IMG/VR virus record: IMGVR_UViG_3300012663_001203
Span: 1-34,395 of that record
Strand: one strand, 5' to 3'
Length of the DNA: 34,395 bases
Source: a virus
Lineage: Duplodnaviria; Caudoviricetes
Positions 16,931 to 28,900 of this stretch are shown in pieces. A program made the translations under genes and the position numbers. The notes beneath the pieces were generated by a model. It worked only from the letters and a program-made list of their open reading frames with translations, was not told the DNA's origin and searched no databases. Each line of letters begins with the position of its first letter. Position 1 is the first letter of the stretch.

Positions 16931-19851
16931 TAAATCAAAAAAACTCAGTATTAGTAACGGGTCAGTTACCGGAATTTGTTAGGGATAATCCGGACTATGA
17001 AAATTTTAACTTATTCGTAAAAGCATACTATGAATGGTTGGAATCTGCTAATGTTGCCAATTCTTCAATTGAAACCACACAAGAAGTTTATGACCAAGGT
17101 GTGGCATATGCTGGAAAAAACTTATTAAGTTATAAAGACATTGATTCAACAATAGATGGATTTACAGATTATTATGTAAATGATTTTCTTCCTTATTTTC
17201 CAAAAGATATTATAATTGATAAGGCTGAAGCTGTAAAATTTGCAAGGCAATTGTACCAGACAAAAGGTACTTTGGCTTCATATAAGTTTCTATTCAAAGT
17301 TTTATATAATTCGGATTTTGACATATTTAATACAAAAGATGCTGTACTTAAAGCATCTGATGGCCAATGGTATGTTGCTAAAAGTTTAAAATTAGCAACA
17401 GTAAATGAAAATTTCTTAAATATTAAAAATTTAAGAATATTTGGTGAAACTACCAAATCTATAGGAACAATAGAAGCTTCGGTTCTTACGGGAAACAAAA
17501 CAGAAGTCTTTATTTCAAACCTTGAACGATTATTTCAATCCGGTGAATTTGTTCGTATTGTAGATTCTGATAATCAAGATGTTTTTTTTAAAAATGGCGA
17601 AATTGTAGATTCCACTACAAATGGTGCAGAAAAACTCAGAGCTAAAATTGTAGGTCAAATTAGTACAATTAGTATTGATAAAGACAATAGAGGTAAATAT
17701 TATGAGCCTGGTGATCCTGTCATTGTGTATGGTGGTCTAACATCTAATACTGATATTGGTGCGACTGCTGTAGTCGGACAAACCAAAGCTGGTTCCATAC
17801 AGCGTATAAATGTTTTGGCTGGTGGTTTTGGTTATAGTTATTTTCCAAATACACTCATAACTTTCAGTACCCCAACCAATGGTGCTAATGCAACCGTTGC
17901 GTCATTTGATACACGAGGTATTGCAAATGTTTCAATGATTCCTATTGATACCATATCATTTAAAAAGGATATTCGTTTAGATAGTGCTAATTATGCATTT
18001 ACAAACTTGGTGACAGCTAATGCTAATACGAGATTGGTTGATGCTTTTTCTTTTACATCATTGACCACTTATCCAATCACATCGGTATATGTGAATTATG
18101 GTGGTTCTGGTATCAGATTTGCACCTGAAGTACAGGCTTTGGGTGGTTATAGTTCTGACCTCATAACTTATGGTGCAAATAATGCAAATACACCTTTGTT
18201 ATCTTCATTGGGTATTTTGGCACCCATTCAGATTGCAAGTGGTGGTGTTGGATATCAAAACAATGATACTATTATCTTTACTGGTGGTTCTGGACGAGGT
18301 GCATATGCGAATGTTTCGGTCAATTCAACCGGTTCCATCGTAAGTGCTTATTATGTAAATGACACAAGACGAAGATTTCCTGTTGGTGGAATGGGATATA
18401 GAACACTTGATTTACCATCATTATCTGTAAATTCAGCAAATGCAAATTCTTCTGGTGCAAGTTTATTTGTTACTGGTATTTTAGGTGAGGGCGCAGTACT
18501 TTCAGCTGTAACTGATAATGCGGGTGAAATTGTAAATATTAAAATTATTGACTATGGTGAAGATTATATCTCAACACCACAAGTGTCATTGAGAGTACAG
18601 GACATTGTTGTTGCCAATGTTGAATTGACAAATTTACCGCAAAAAGGCGACACAATTATTCAAGGTGCAAATATTGCAGTTGCGACTTATATTGCTACCG
18701 TAAATTCAGTAAATTTATTAGTAGGTAATGCTGATCCAAAACAATCTTTGTGGAATTTACGAGTATTTAATTATAATTCGGCACCAGATCCAGTAAAATC
18801 TTTGAGTGTTGTTGAAAAATCTATCAGTGTCAACATGGCAAATACTGCCTATGCCGCCAACACTTTCTATGTGGGTAGTCCAAAATATGATGTAAATGGT
18901 GTTAAATCTTATGGTGATGGAACAGCTAAAGGTTCTTCTAAGTTTTTAAATGGTCTTGTTATTAGTGAAGGCCAATACTTAGATTCCCGTGGACAACCAA
19001 GTTCTTTCAGTGTGCTGCAAGATGATGTATATAACAACTACACATATCAAATTACAGTACAAAAAGAAATTAATAAGTATCGTAATGTTTTATTGGAACT
19101 ATTACATCCAACGGGAATGAGGTTGATTGGACGATATGCTTTAAAATCCAATAGTAACATGTATTTTCATGGTACTCAAGCATCATTTTCTGGTGAGTCT
19201 ATGTATTATTATACTGGAACAGGTGCTTATGTTACTATGGAGACAAATTTTACTAATAAGAGTAATAATGTCATAAAATTCTATCTACCAAATACAATAC
19301 CACCAACACAATTGAGTGACTTTTTGGAGGCCAATGTAAGTACAATAAAATTATATCCAACAAATGGTTATAATATTTCAGCGAAAGTCATTTCTTTTAA
19401 TAATACTACTAATACAGCAATACTTGATACTAACACATGGTTAACCTTTGCAAATGTTGCATCGGTTACAGCAATTGCTAATTCCAATGTCATAAATATT
19501 ACTGCTCTGACTGGACAATACGACATTATCAATAATAGAAACTATAGTAATGTTGATTATCCACTAAAAGATATTGTACATACTGGCGATAAAGTTTTGG
19601 TTGGTAATAACACAAGTAAGACTGTTCAAACTGTTGATTATGTGAATGGTATAATATATTTGACAACCAATTTAACAGCAAATGCAAATTCATATCTTTC
19701 TGTTAACAGAACATTTATTGCAAACACAACATTAAATTCGGACCAAGTTAAAATTTATGGACCATTAGGTCCACAATATAGACCATTCCTGACAACGGAA
19801 GATGGCGTATTAATATCAACAGAAAATGGTGAAATTCTCTTCTTAGGATAA
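16927..19851 (+). CDS. gp7: gp7-like baseplate wedge protein with multiple beta-rich inserts
   Basis: QLPEFV, F..F.KAYYEWLE, LY.TKGT..SYKFLF..LY, LKASDG.W, LQD...Y..Y.Y, Y......LLHP.G; follows gp6 with ATGA overlap. Confidence 0.75.
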   Translation: MINQKNSVLVTGQLPEFVRDNPDYENFNLFVKAYYEWLESANVANSSIETTQEVYDQGVAYAGKNLLSYKDIDSTIDGFTDYYVNDFLPYFPKDIIIDKAEAVKFARQLYQTKGTLASYKFLFKVLYNSDFDIFNTKDAVLKASDGQWYVAKSLKLATVNENFLNIKNLRIFGETTKSIGTIEASVLTGNKTEVFISNLERLFQSGEFVRIVDSDNQDVFFKNGEIVDSTTNGAEKLRAKIVGQISTISIDKDNRGKYYEPGDPVIVYGGLTSNTDIGATAVVGQTKAGSIQRINVLAGGFGYSYFPNTLITFSTPTNGANATVASFDTRGIANVSMIPIDTISFKKDIRLDSANYAFTNLVTANANTRLVDAFSFTSLTTYPITSVYVNYGGSGIRFAPEVQALGGYSSDLITYGANNANTPLLSSLGILAPIQIASGGVGYQNNDTIIFTGGSGRGAYANVSVNSTGSIVSAYYVNDTRRRFPVGGMGYRTLDLPSLSVNSANANSSGASLFVTGILGEGAVLSAVTDNAGEIVNIKIIDYGEDYISTPQVSLRVQDIVVANVELTNLPQKGDTIIQGANIAVATYIATVNSVNLLVGNADPKQSLWNLRVFNYNSAPDPVKSLSVVEKSISVNMANTAYAANTFYVGSPKYDVNGVKSYGDGTAKGSSKFLNGLVISEGQYLDSRGQPSSFSVLQDDVYNNYTYQITVQKEINKYRNVLLELLHPTGMRLIGRYALKSNSNMYFHGTQASFSGESMYYYTGTGAYVTMETNFTNKSNNVIKFYLPNTIPPTQLSDFLEANVSTIKLYPTNGYNISAKVISFNNTTNTAILDTNTWLTFANVASVTAIANSNVINITALTGQYDIINNRNYSNVDYPLKDIVHTGDKVLVGNNTSKTVQTVDYVNGIIYLTTNLTANANSYLSVNRTFIANTTLNSDQVKIYGPLGPQYRPFLTTEDGVLISTENGEILFLG

Positions 19852-19854
19852 AAA

Positions 19855-21558
19855 ATGGCAACAATAAAAATTTCAGACTTAACATCAATTAGTCCTTTAA
19901 ATTCGAACACAAGCAATGTCGTTTTTGTTGGAACAGATTTACAAAGTGGAGTAACAGGTAAATTTACTGCTACCACCTTGGCTGCAGGATTATATTCACA
20001 CAATATATTGAATGTTGGTAATAATGCAATTACATTACCAAATACAGTTGCACAGTTTGCATTGTCTGGTGAATCATATGTACAGATTAACTTTGTGAAC
20101 ACTAATGATGGTGGTACTGCTGACCAAGTTATTACTGCCAACTCTGGTACGGATTCAACCTATTTCATTGATATGGGGTATGCAAACAAGGACTATCAAC
20201 CTGGTTCAGAGTTCAACAACATTGGTACAGCAGTTAATAAATTAGATGGTTATATTTACGCTCAAGGTAGCACAAGTAATACAATGGGTGGTAACCTAAT
20301 CGTTGGTTCAACCACAACAGGTAAAGAAGTTCGTTTTGTTGCAGGCGGCGGATCACTATCCAATGTGGTCGCCAAAATGTCAGATTCAACTATCACATTC
20401 AATCGTCCTGTTACATTTGCTGATGGTACTACACAAAACACATCTTTTGCTGGTGCAATAACTGCAGCCAACACAGCAGTAAATACCGCAACCGCATATG
20501 CTCAGTCTGCTGGTTCATATGCTAATGCAGCATTTGCACAGGCAAACGTTGGTACTGCATACGCAACAACCGCCGGTAATTATGCAAACTCCGCATTTAC
20601 CAAGGCTAATAATGCACTCGCAAATACATCAGGTACATTTAGTGGTAACTTAACAATCACAGGCAACACATACATGAACGCGGTGAATACAGGCAATTTA
20701 ACTGTTGTTGGTACTACATCTGCATCAGGTACCGTCAGCTTGAGTGGTTTGATTAATGTACTTGGTGCTATTAACGGTAACGCCACAATGGTTTTGGCTA
20801 ATGTGAATTTTAATTCAACGGAGTCAGCATTAACAATCGCTGCATCACCAACAGTTATAACACCATCAAACGATGGTTATATGATTCATATTTCTGGAAA
20901 AAATGGTGTACCATCTCGTGTTGTTACAGATTCATATGGTGCTAATGCATATTCATTGTTTGCAGGTCGTGCGGCAAGAGGAACTGTAACCAGTCCTACA
21001 GCATTACAATCTGGTGATATTATTGCAAGATTCTCAGCAAATGGTTATGGTACAACAAAATATCAACCATTGGGTACAACTCGTATTGATTTTATTGCAA
21101 CAGAAAATTACACAGATGCAAATACAGGTTCACAAATCAAATTTTGGAATTGTCCAGTTGGTTCAAATACACTAACAAATATTATGTCATTGAATGGCAA
21201 CATGGCAGAATTTAGTGGTTTTGTTAGTCCACAAAAAGGTTTTATCTATACACCAAGAATTCCTTCCGGCAACCAAACAACAATCACAATTGATTATTTA
21301 ACAGATTCAATGATTAAGGCCAACTTGGTTGCAGACTTAACTGTTTCACATAGTAATTTCCTTGCTGGTAAAGTTGTTGAGGTTTGGCTGGTGAATCAAG
21401 GTGGTACGGGTAGAACTGTGACACACGGTATTTCTGCACTGAATTCAACGACTAACTCAACAACGTTTACAATTCCTGCAACAAGTGCGGCGCACCTAAG
21501 ATTCTTTAGTATTGATGGTGACCTTGCAAATACTTTCGTTTCTGTTATATCCGCATAA
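19855..21558 (+). CDS. Putative baseplate-attached fibre / structural protein
   Basis: MAT.KIS.L N-terminus, TFADGTTQNT motif, (S/N)YAN.AF..AN helical repeats, beta-rich Gly/Thr/Asn body; inserted between gp7 and gp8. Confidence 0.6.
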   Translation: MATIKISDLTSISPLNSNTSNVVFVGTDLQSGVTGKFTATTLAAGLYSHNILNVGNNAITLPNTVAQFALSGESYVQINFVNTNDGGTADQVITANSGTDSTYFIDMGYANKDYQPGSEFNNIGTAVNKLDGYIYAQGSTSNTMGGNLIVGSTTTGKEVRFVAGGGSLSNVVAKMSDSTITFNRPVTFADGTTQNTSFAGAITAANTAVNTATAYAQSAGSYANAAFAQANVGTAYATTAGNYANSAFTKANNALANTSGTFSGNLTITGNTYMNAVNTGNLTVVGTTSASGTVSLSGLINVLGAINGNATMVLANVNFNSTESALTIAASPTVITPSNDGYMIHISGKNGVPSRVVTDSYGANAYSLFAGRAARGTVTSPTALQSGDIIARFSANGYGTTKYQPLGTTRIDFIATENYTDANTGSQIKFWNCPVGSNTLTNIMSLNGNMAEFSGFVSPQKGFIYTPRIPSGNQTTITIDYLTDSMIKANLVADLTVSHSNFLAGKVVEVWLVNQGGTGRTVTHGISALNSTTNSTTFTIPATSAAHLRFFSIDGDLANTFVSVISA

Positions 21559-21564
21559 TAAATA
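21557..21564 (+). promoter_or_regulatory. Putative late promoter (AATAAATA) upstream of gp8
   Basis: AATAAATAAATCATG; same 4-nt spacing to the ATG as at gp25 and gp2. Confidence 0.55.
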
Positions 21565-21568
21565 AATC

Positions 21569-22960
21569 ATGGCAAATAAAAACATACTTACCACACAAGC
21601 AAAAACCGTTCAAGTTGAAGAGGTTTATTACGCACCTTCCGTTATTATTCCTCCAGAAACTACAGCAAACGAAACATCTTATTGCTTTTTATCTAAGATT
21701 GATCCTTGGGCGGATGATGATAATCCCCCACAACCAACAGGTGATGTAAATTATATAAAACAAACATTCAAAAATATGTTTGTTGCTAAAAGAATTTATA
21801 CATCGGACATATCTCCAGTAATTCAACGAGTTAATTGGGAGTCCAATATTGCATATGATTATTACTCCGATTCAATTTATATGGTTGGAAAAGACTCAAA
21901 TGGTCAAAACTTATATAATTTCTATGTGAAAAATAAATATGACCAAGTTTTTAAATGTTTATGGAACAATAATGGTGGTCTTTCTTTAGATGAACCATAT
22001 TTTGAACCAGGTTCATACAATACCAGTGGTATTTTCCAGGGGCCAACCGATGGTTACAAATGGAAATTCATGTATGCTATTGATTTGGGATCAAAAGTAA
22101 AGTTTTTGGACGACACATGGATGCCTGTGATGGTTGGTAGAAATACACCCAATCCAGCATATGATGCAAGAACTGGTGTTGCACCAACGGCTGGTGCTGG
22201 TGCAATAGAAGTAATTAACTTAATTAATAATGGTTCGGGTTATGACAGTGCTAATGCACCAATTACTGTAACAATTACAGGAGACGGTACGAGTGCTAGC
22301 GCAACAGCTTCATCAAATGCAGCTGGTTACATAACAGATATTACCGTAACTAATGCTGGTAAAGATTACACATACGCCAATGTTTCTATTACTTCAACAA
22401 CAGGTTCTGGTGCAGTTTCTATTGCACCAACATCACCTATTGGTGGCCACGGTTTTGACCCAATTTCTGAATTAGGATGCAATCATGTAATGATTACAAG
22501 TGAATTCAATTCTTCTGAAGGTAATGTAATTCCGACAGATATTGACTTTCACCAACTTGGTTTATTGGTTAATCCAATCGCATATACAAACACAAGCGTG
22601 AAAGCTACGGGTGGAATTTACAGAACTACCACCGATGTTGTTGTTGCTGCAGGTTTTGGTTCATTTACTGCTGACGAAATTGTATTTCAGGGAACAAGTT
22701 TAGAAGCGGCAACATTTACTGCAAGAGTGTTAACATTTAATACATCAACGAATGTAATATACCTCATAAATACAGTAGGAACTATAACAACAAATGCTCC
22801 TATTATTGGTGATACATCAAAAACCACAAGAACATTATTATCATCAACTAGTGGAGAACTGGTACCTTTTTCTGGACACATCACATATATAGAAAATAGG
22901 TCATCAATCCAAAGAAGTGTTGATGGTATAGAACAATTTAGATTTGTATTAGGTTACTAA
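21569..22960 (+). CDS. gp8: T4 gp8-like baseplate wedge subunit
   Basis: W.D...PP.P, K.I...D.SPVI.RV.W...Y..Y, FYV.N....VFKCL.N, DGYKWKFMY, P.GGHG.D...ELG, F.Q.GL..NP, SG.I.YIENR..I.R..D..E. Confidence 0.9.
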   Translation: MANKNILTTQAKTVQVEEVYYAPSVIIPPETTANETSYCFLSKIDPWADDDNPPQPTGDVNYIKQTFKNMFVAKRIYTSDISPVIQRVNWESNIAYDYYSDSIYMVGKDSNGQNLYNFYVKNKYDQVFKCLWNNNGGLSLDEPYFEPGSYNTSGIFQGPTDGYKWKFMYAIDLGSKVKFLDDTWMPVMVGRNTPNPAYDARTGVAPTAGAGAIEVINLINNGSGYDSANAPITVTITGDGTSASATASSNAAGYITDITVTNAGKDYTYANVSITSTTGSGAVSIAPTSPIGGHGFDPISELGCNHVMITSEFNSSEGNVIPTDIDFHQLGLLVNPIAYTNTSVKATGGIYRTTTDVVVAAGFGSFTADEIVFQGTSLEAATFTARVLTFNTSTNVIYLINTVGTITTNAPIIGDTSKTTRTLLSSTSGELVPFSGHITYIENRSSIQRSVDGIEQFRFVLGY

Positions 22961-22969
22961 AGGAATAAA

Positions 22970-25900
22970 ATGCCTATTAATTTTAACGTTGAACCATGGT
23001 ATGACGATTTTGACGAAACAAAAAACTTTCACCGTATTTTATTTAAACCTGGTCGTGCGGTTCAGGCAAGAGAATTAACACAATCTCAAACAATTTTACA
23101 AGACCAAATTAACAAATTTGCTGACCACATTTTTAAGCAAAATTCGCCTGTTACTGGTGGTCAAATTACTCTTAATAATAGAGTTAATTATGTTAAATTA
23201 CAAGAAACTTATTTAAATTCTACAATTGATGTTACACAATTTAATGGTTTATTAGTTAAAAATTTCAATGGAACAGTTATCGCTCAAGTGGTTGCAGTTG
23301 CTTCAGCTACAGGTGGTGATGCTCCAACACTAATCTTATCTTATAAAACAGGTAACCATTTCACAAATAGTGATATAATTTACGATACACTTTCCAATTT
23401 GGCAGTGCAAGCAATTGCAATTGATGCAACAGGTCCATCATCTGTTATCTCTATTTCCAAAGGTGTGTTTTATGTCTTAGGTAATTTTGTACAGATTCAG
23501 CCATCAACAATTATATTAGAAAAATATAACAATACGCCAAGCAAACGAGTTGGTGTGTCGTATACAGAAACTACTTATGACTATATTGATGACACTTCAC
23601 TACTAGATCCAGCTGTTGGTGCATCAAATTATCAAGCACCAGGTGCGGATCGTTATGTGATTTCTTTGTTTTTAGATGCAAAACCATTAACATTTGGTGA
23701 TGATGATGACTTCATCCAATTGGTCTCTATAACAAACGGCATATCATCTAAAACAGTTGATGGATCAGTGTATAGTGTTATTGATGATTACTTCTCAAAG
23801 CGTGACTATGAAACCAACGGCGACTATGTTGTTACCGACTTCAAATTAACACCAAGAACGAATGTGGATGCCGACAAATATACCTTGTCTGTTGGTAAAG
23901 GTTTGGCATATGTGCATGGATACAGAACATCAATACCAGATGGAATTGATGTGGTTTCAAACCGTGCCAGAACAACCAACTCGGAAAATAACACTCCAGT
24001 TTATATTGACTATGGTTCTTATTTTTATGTTGACACATTACGAGCAACATCTAGTTCTTTCTTTGATGTAACTACAGCTCAACCAATTGCCATTCATTGT
24101 GTAGATACAGCAAATATTAGAACATCTAATGCAGCAACATATAATTCTACAGTTATTGCATCTGGTTACTTACGCAATTTTGTATATCAACAGAATACAA
24201 GTGATGGTGATGCAAACACATATATTTACAAAGCATTTGTAAACGATTTACAAAATGCCGTACAGAGTGCATATGCATTGGCTGGTGCATCTAATACTAT
24301 TACACTACCTGGTTATTTCTCAAATAAAACTGATGCTTATATTGGCGTAAACATTTCTATCACATCTGGTCCTTCTGCCGGTGATTTTAGAACAATCACT
24401 GCCTATAACGGTTCAACACATGTTGCAACTGTTAATCAAGCTTGGACAACAACACCAACAACAGCATCTTTGTTTGCATTGAATTTTGATACAAAGGATG
24501 CGGAAAATATTGTGTATGCTGATGCATCTACATATGCAATCAAATCTTATGCAAAAATTTCTAATTATGGCAAAGTAGGTAATTTGGTTACTGGTGATGC
24601 AATACTAGAAAATACAAATGCACCAGAATTATTATTCCGTGTTGGTAGTCCTTATGTTGCAACCATTACAGATTCATCTTTCACAACTCAACAATTGTCA
24701 AGAGACAAAGTGTTTAACTATGCCACTGGCGTTGCTTCAACACAATTAAATTATGGTGGTTCATACCTTGATATTTTAAACCACTTCGGTACACCAAGTA
24801 CAACACTATCGTCCGACCTAGCAAAACAAAACTTTTTAGTTATGGTAACTGCTGTTGGTTCTGGATGTATATTTAATGTTGGTGATATTGTTTCTTTTGC
24901 AAATACTGCAACTAGAACAATTACACTAAACAGCGATTCATCAATTGCCACTTTGAGTGTGTCTGATGCGGGTGGTTCGTTTACAGCTTCTGTTTTAGAA
25001 AAAGTGTATGCTTCAAACGGCACTGATGCTGGTTACCTATTAAAATATAAAAATTTAATTACAGCAAATACATCTGTTGTTAGTTATGGTTCTGCTGTTG
25101 TAGGTAATTCTAATGTGTATGTGGACGATACGCCATTAGGTTCTACTGGCCAAGTGTACATTCAAAACGCAGGTTTAGTTTCACCAGGAAACAAACAATC
25201 ATTGTATCTAACTGATGTTAAGAAAATTCGTAAGATTTTGGATACACGCAGTGCTGGTACAACACCAACAACAATAAATCTTTCAACTTATGCGGATGTG
25301 ACGAATAATTACACATTCGACAATGGCCAAAAAGATTCACATTATGACCATGCATCTATTACATTAAGACCTGGTGCACCACAACCAGCTGGTAATTTAT
25401 TGGTGTTCGTTGATTACTACCAACACGCTGGTGGAACTGGTTATTTCTCATTAACTTCCTATGAGTCATCAACATTGCAGGAATCATATACAGAAATACC
25501 AAATCACACAAGTAAAAATGGTACAATATATGCATTGCGTGATTGTTTAGATTTCCGACCAGCAAGACAAAATTCAACAACTGCATTCCAATACAAGTAT
25601 ACTGATATTGGTGATAAGCGTTATGGTGTATTCATTCCTTCTGATAATACACAATTTGTAACAGACTATGAGTATTATTTGGGTCGTAAAGATAAGTTGG
25701 TGATAACAAAAGATGGTAAAGTTAATATCATTGAAGGTGCGCCGTCATTAAATCCTTTATTTCCAACAGAACCTGATGGTTCATTAGTTGTTGCCAACTT
25801 AACACACGAACCTTACACTGGTTATATTCCAACGGAAGCACCAGCTGGCAAAAAATCTAACCTTTCGATAGAAAAAGTTAAACACAAAAGATATACCATG

Positions 25901-28900
25901 CAAGATATTGCTGGTTTAGAAAACCGTATCAATAAGATTGAATATTATACTTCATTGAGCTTATTGGAACAAAAAGCATCAACACTACAAATATCAGACT
26001 CATACGGTTTAAATCGTTTCAAAAATGGTATTTTAGTTGATGATTTTTCAAGTTTTTCAGCTACAAACACAGATACTTCAGATTTTAATGCTTCTGTTAA
26101 TCGCCGTGAAAGAACAATGTCTGCACCGTCAGTCGTTAAAAACTTTCCATTAAAATCAACTGCATTTATTAATAACATAAACAACCTCGACAATACAATA
26201 TCTTTAAGTTATAAAATTGCGGGAGATGGTTATACACAATCTTTCAGTTTACCTTACACTTCAGCTAATGCAATTTCACAAAAATTTGCATCCCGTACAG
26301 TAAGTGTTAATCCATATTCAGTTTCACGCATAGATGGTGTATTGACATTAACTCCTAATATGGATAATTGGGTTGATGAACAAATTGAACCGGCTATCTT
26401 GATTACCTCACCAACATTGGATGTGTTTGCATCATCATCTGGTGGTTCAAAGTTTATGACCACAACTGATTGGAAGAGTATTCCAGGCACTCAATATGAT
26501 GTGCGAACAGTAACGACAGAAGGCTTCATTGAAACGACCAAGGTAGAAACCTACGAAAAACAAACTCAAACCTCATATTATGGTGCTTATGATAAAATTG
26601 GCAACACATACAGTATTGATAATGGATTTGTTAAAGATATAACTGTATTGCCTTACATTCGTCCACAACAAGTCGTTGTTCGTGGTAAAAATTTGTTATA
26701 CCATACATCAGTTAATACATATTTTGATAAAACTAATGTTGACAAATACTTCCGTAAAGCCAACATAATTGAATTGAGTAGTGCTGCAGGTGTAGGACAA
26801 TTCAAAGAGGGTGATGTAATTGGTTACATGTCAGGTGGCACATTCAATCCAACTGGAGTCATATTAGGTTTTTATTATACTAATTCTTCTACTGTAAGAT
26901 TATATGTTGCAAGTGAAGAAGGAACAACAACTAGTTACGATGGCGGAACCGGTAGATTACAAAACGGTTTCTTCAACAGTAGTGGTACATATACATCCAA
27001 TACAGCATACGGAACAATTAGCAGTACATCACACTTTGGTGGCCGAGTAACAAGCGTTACTGGCAACAAAATTAAACTTTCAGGTTTATCACCAAATGTT
27101 AACAACTATTTCGTATCCAATACAATTAATATTGTGCAAGGAACTGGTTCAGGCCAATCTGCAACAATTTCTGCATACTATGGTGCAAACCAAACCGCAG
27201 TTTTATCATCAACAATTGATGTTGCAGTAAACTCAATTTATTCCATTGGTAATCTGACCACCTCTAAAGATGGTGCTTTATATGGAATTTTTAATATTCC
27301 AGAAAACACATTCCATAATGGTGAGCGTCTATTCAGAATTGATAACTCATACGGAAACGTAGATGCAGAAACAACATACTGTCAAGCATCTTTTTATGCA
27401 GAAGGAATACAATCAACTTCACAATCATTGATGTTTGGTGCATCGGTTTCTGGTGCCAAAGGCGTGAATAATGTATCAAAAACTGAAAGTACCTTTGTAA
27501 AACAAACAGTTACAACAGTTGATAACACTCCACCACCAGCAGTACCAGAGGCTGGCGGTGGCGGCGGTGGTGATCCATTATCACAAAGTTTCTTAATTGA
27601 TAAGAACAACTATCCTAATGGAATGTTCTTGGAATCTGTTGACTTCTTCTTTGAAAATAAACCCACAAATGATGATTCCACAATTTCATTGTATGTTGTA
27701 GGAACATTAAATGGTTATCCAAATAATGAGATAATAAACAATTCTATTGTGACTTTGACACCGAACCAGGTTAAAACATCTTCACAACCACATTATTTGG
27801 ATGAAAATGCTAAAACCAATTTCAAATTCTCAGAACCAATTTATATTCAATCTGGTGTATTATACGCATTTGTGTTGAAATCAAGTTCTAAGGATTACTA
27901 TGCATGGACTGCATATAATGGTGATATAGCCAAAGTTTCTTCAGTTAAAATTTTACCAACTGATGCAACACCAGCAACAATCACAAAGATTTCAGGTTCA
28001 CCATATATTGGAACACTTTTCATGTCACAAAATACTTTGACATGGACCGCTGAACAAAACGAAAGTTTAATGTTTGTGGCAAATCGTTGTGTCTTTAATA
28101 CATCCGTGTCGCCAACGGTTTCTTTTGTTGTTCCTAAGAAACTTCCACAAAGAACATTGATTGAACAATCAATTTCTAATTATTTAAATGCGAACACAAT
28201 GTCGTCTTCAATTGATTCAATATCAAATACTAATATTTTAGTTGACGCATTTAATGTAACAACCACCGATTTTACTCCTTCAACTACAGGAATTACATAC
28301 AAGTACAGATCAACATTAACAAACGGTACACTTACTAATGAAAATGTTATTGTTCCTGGTAAATTTGGTACACCAACACAAGATGATATTTACTTAAACG
28401 ATGGTAAAGGTGAACGTGTCTTGGACGCAAATAGCAATACATCATTTATCTTAACTGCAACACTATCTTCTCTAGATAATGCAGTAAGTCCTATTGTCTC
28501 TGATGCTGGTTTGTCGATATATGCAATTTCATGGGACATTAATGATGCAGAACTATCGAATAATATTATTACACTATCTTCTGGTGGTTCTGGTTATAAT
28601 GCACAAACAACATCTGTGACAGTTTCTGCACCAGATTTGATAAACGGAACACAAGCCTATGCTTCTGCAAATGTTTCTGGTGGAATTGTACAATCTGTTT
28701 GGTTGACTTCAAATGGTTCTGGTTACATTACTACACCAACAATTACGGTTTCAGATGCAAATACTGCACCTGGCACTGGTGCAATAGTGCGTGTTACTGG
28801 TGAAACATCACCTTCTGGTGGTAATATTTCGGCAAAACACATCACTAAGATAGTTACTTTAGATGCAGGATTTGATTCTGGTGATTTGAATGTTTACTTA

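Noticed and set aside
19849-19857. Stop-codon readthrough or genetic code reassignment at gp7/fibre junction
   Set aside because: TAA is the dominant stop in the window and all long genes read intact under the standard code.
27525-27590. GC-rich PPPAVPEAGGGGGG tract as an insertion element or intein site
   Set aside because: Short low-complexity linker before the conserved DPLSQSF motif; no splicing motifs or terminal repeats.
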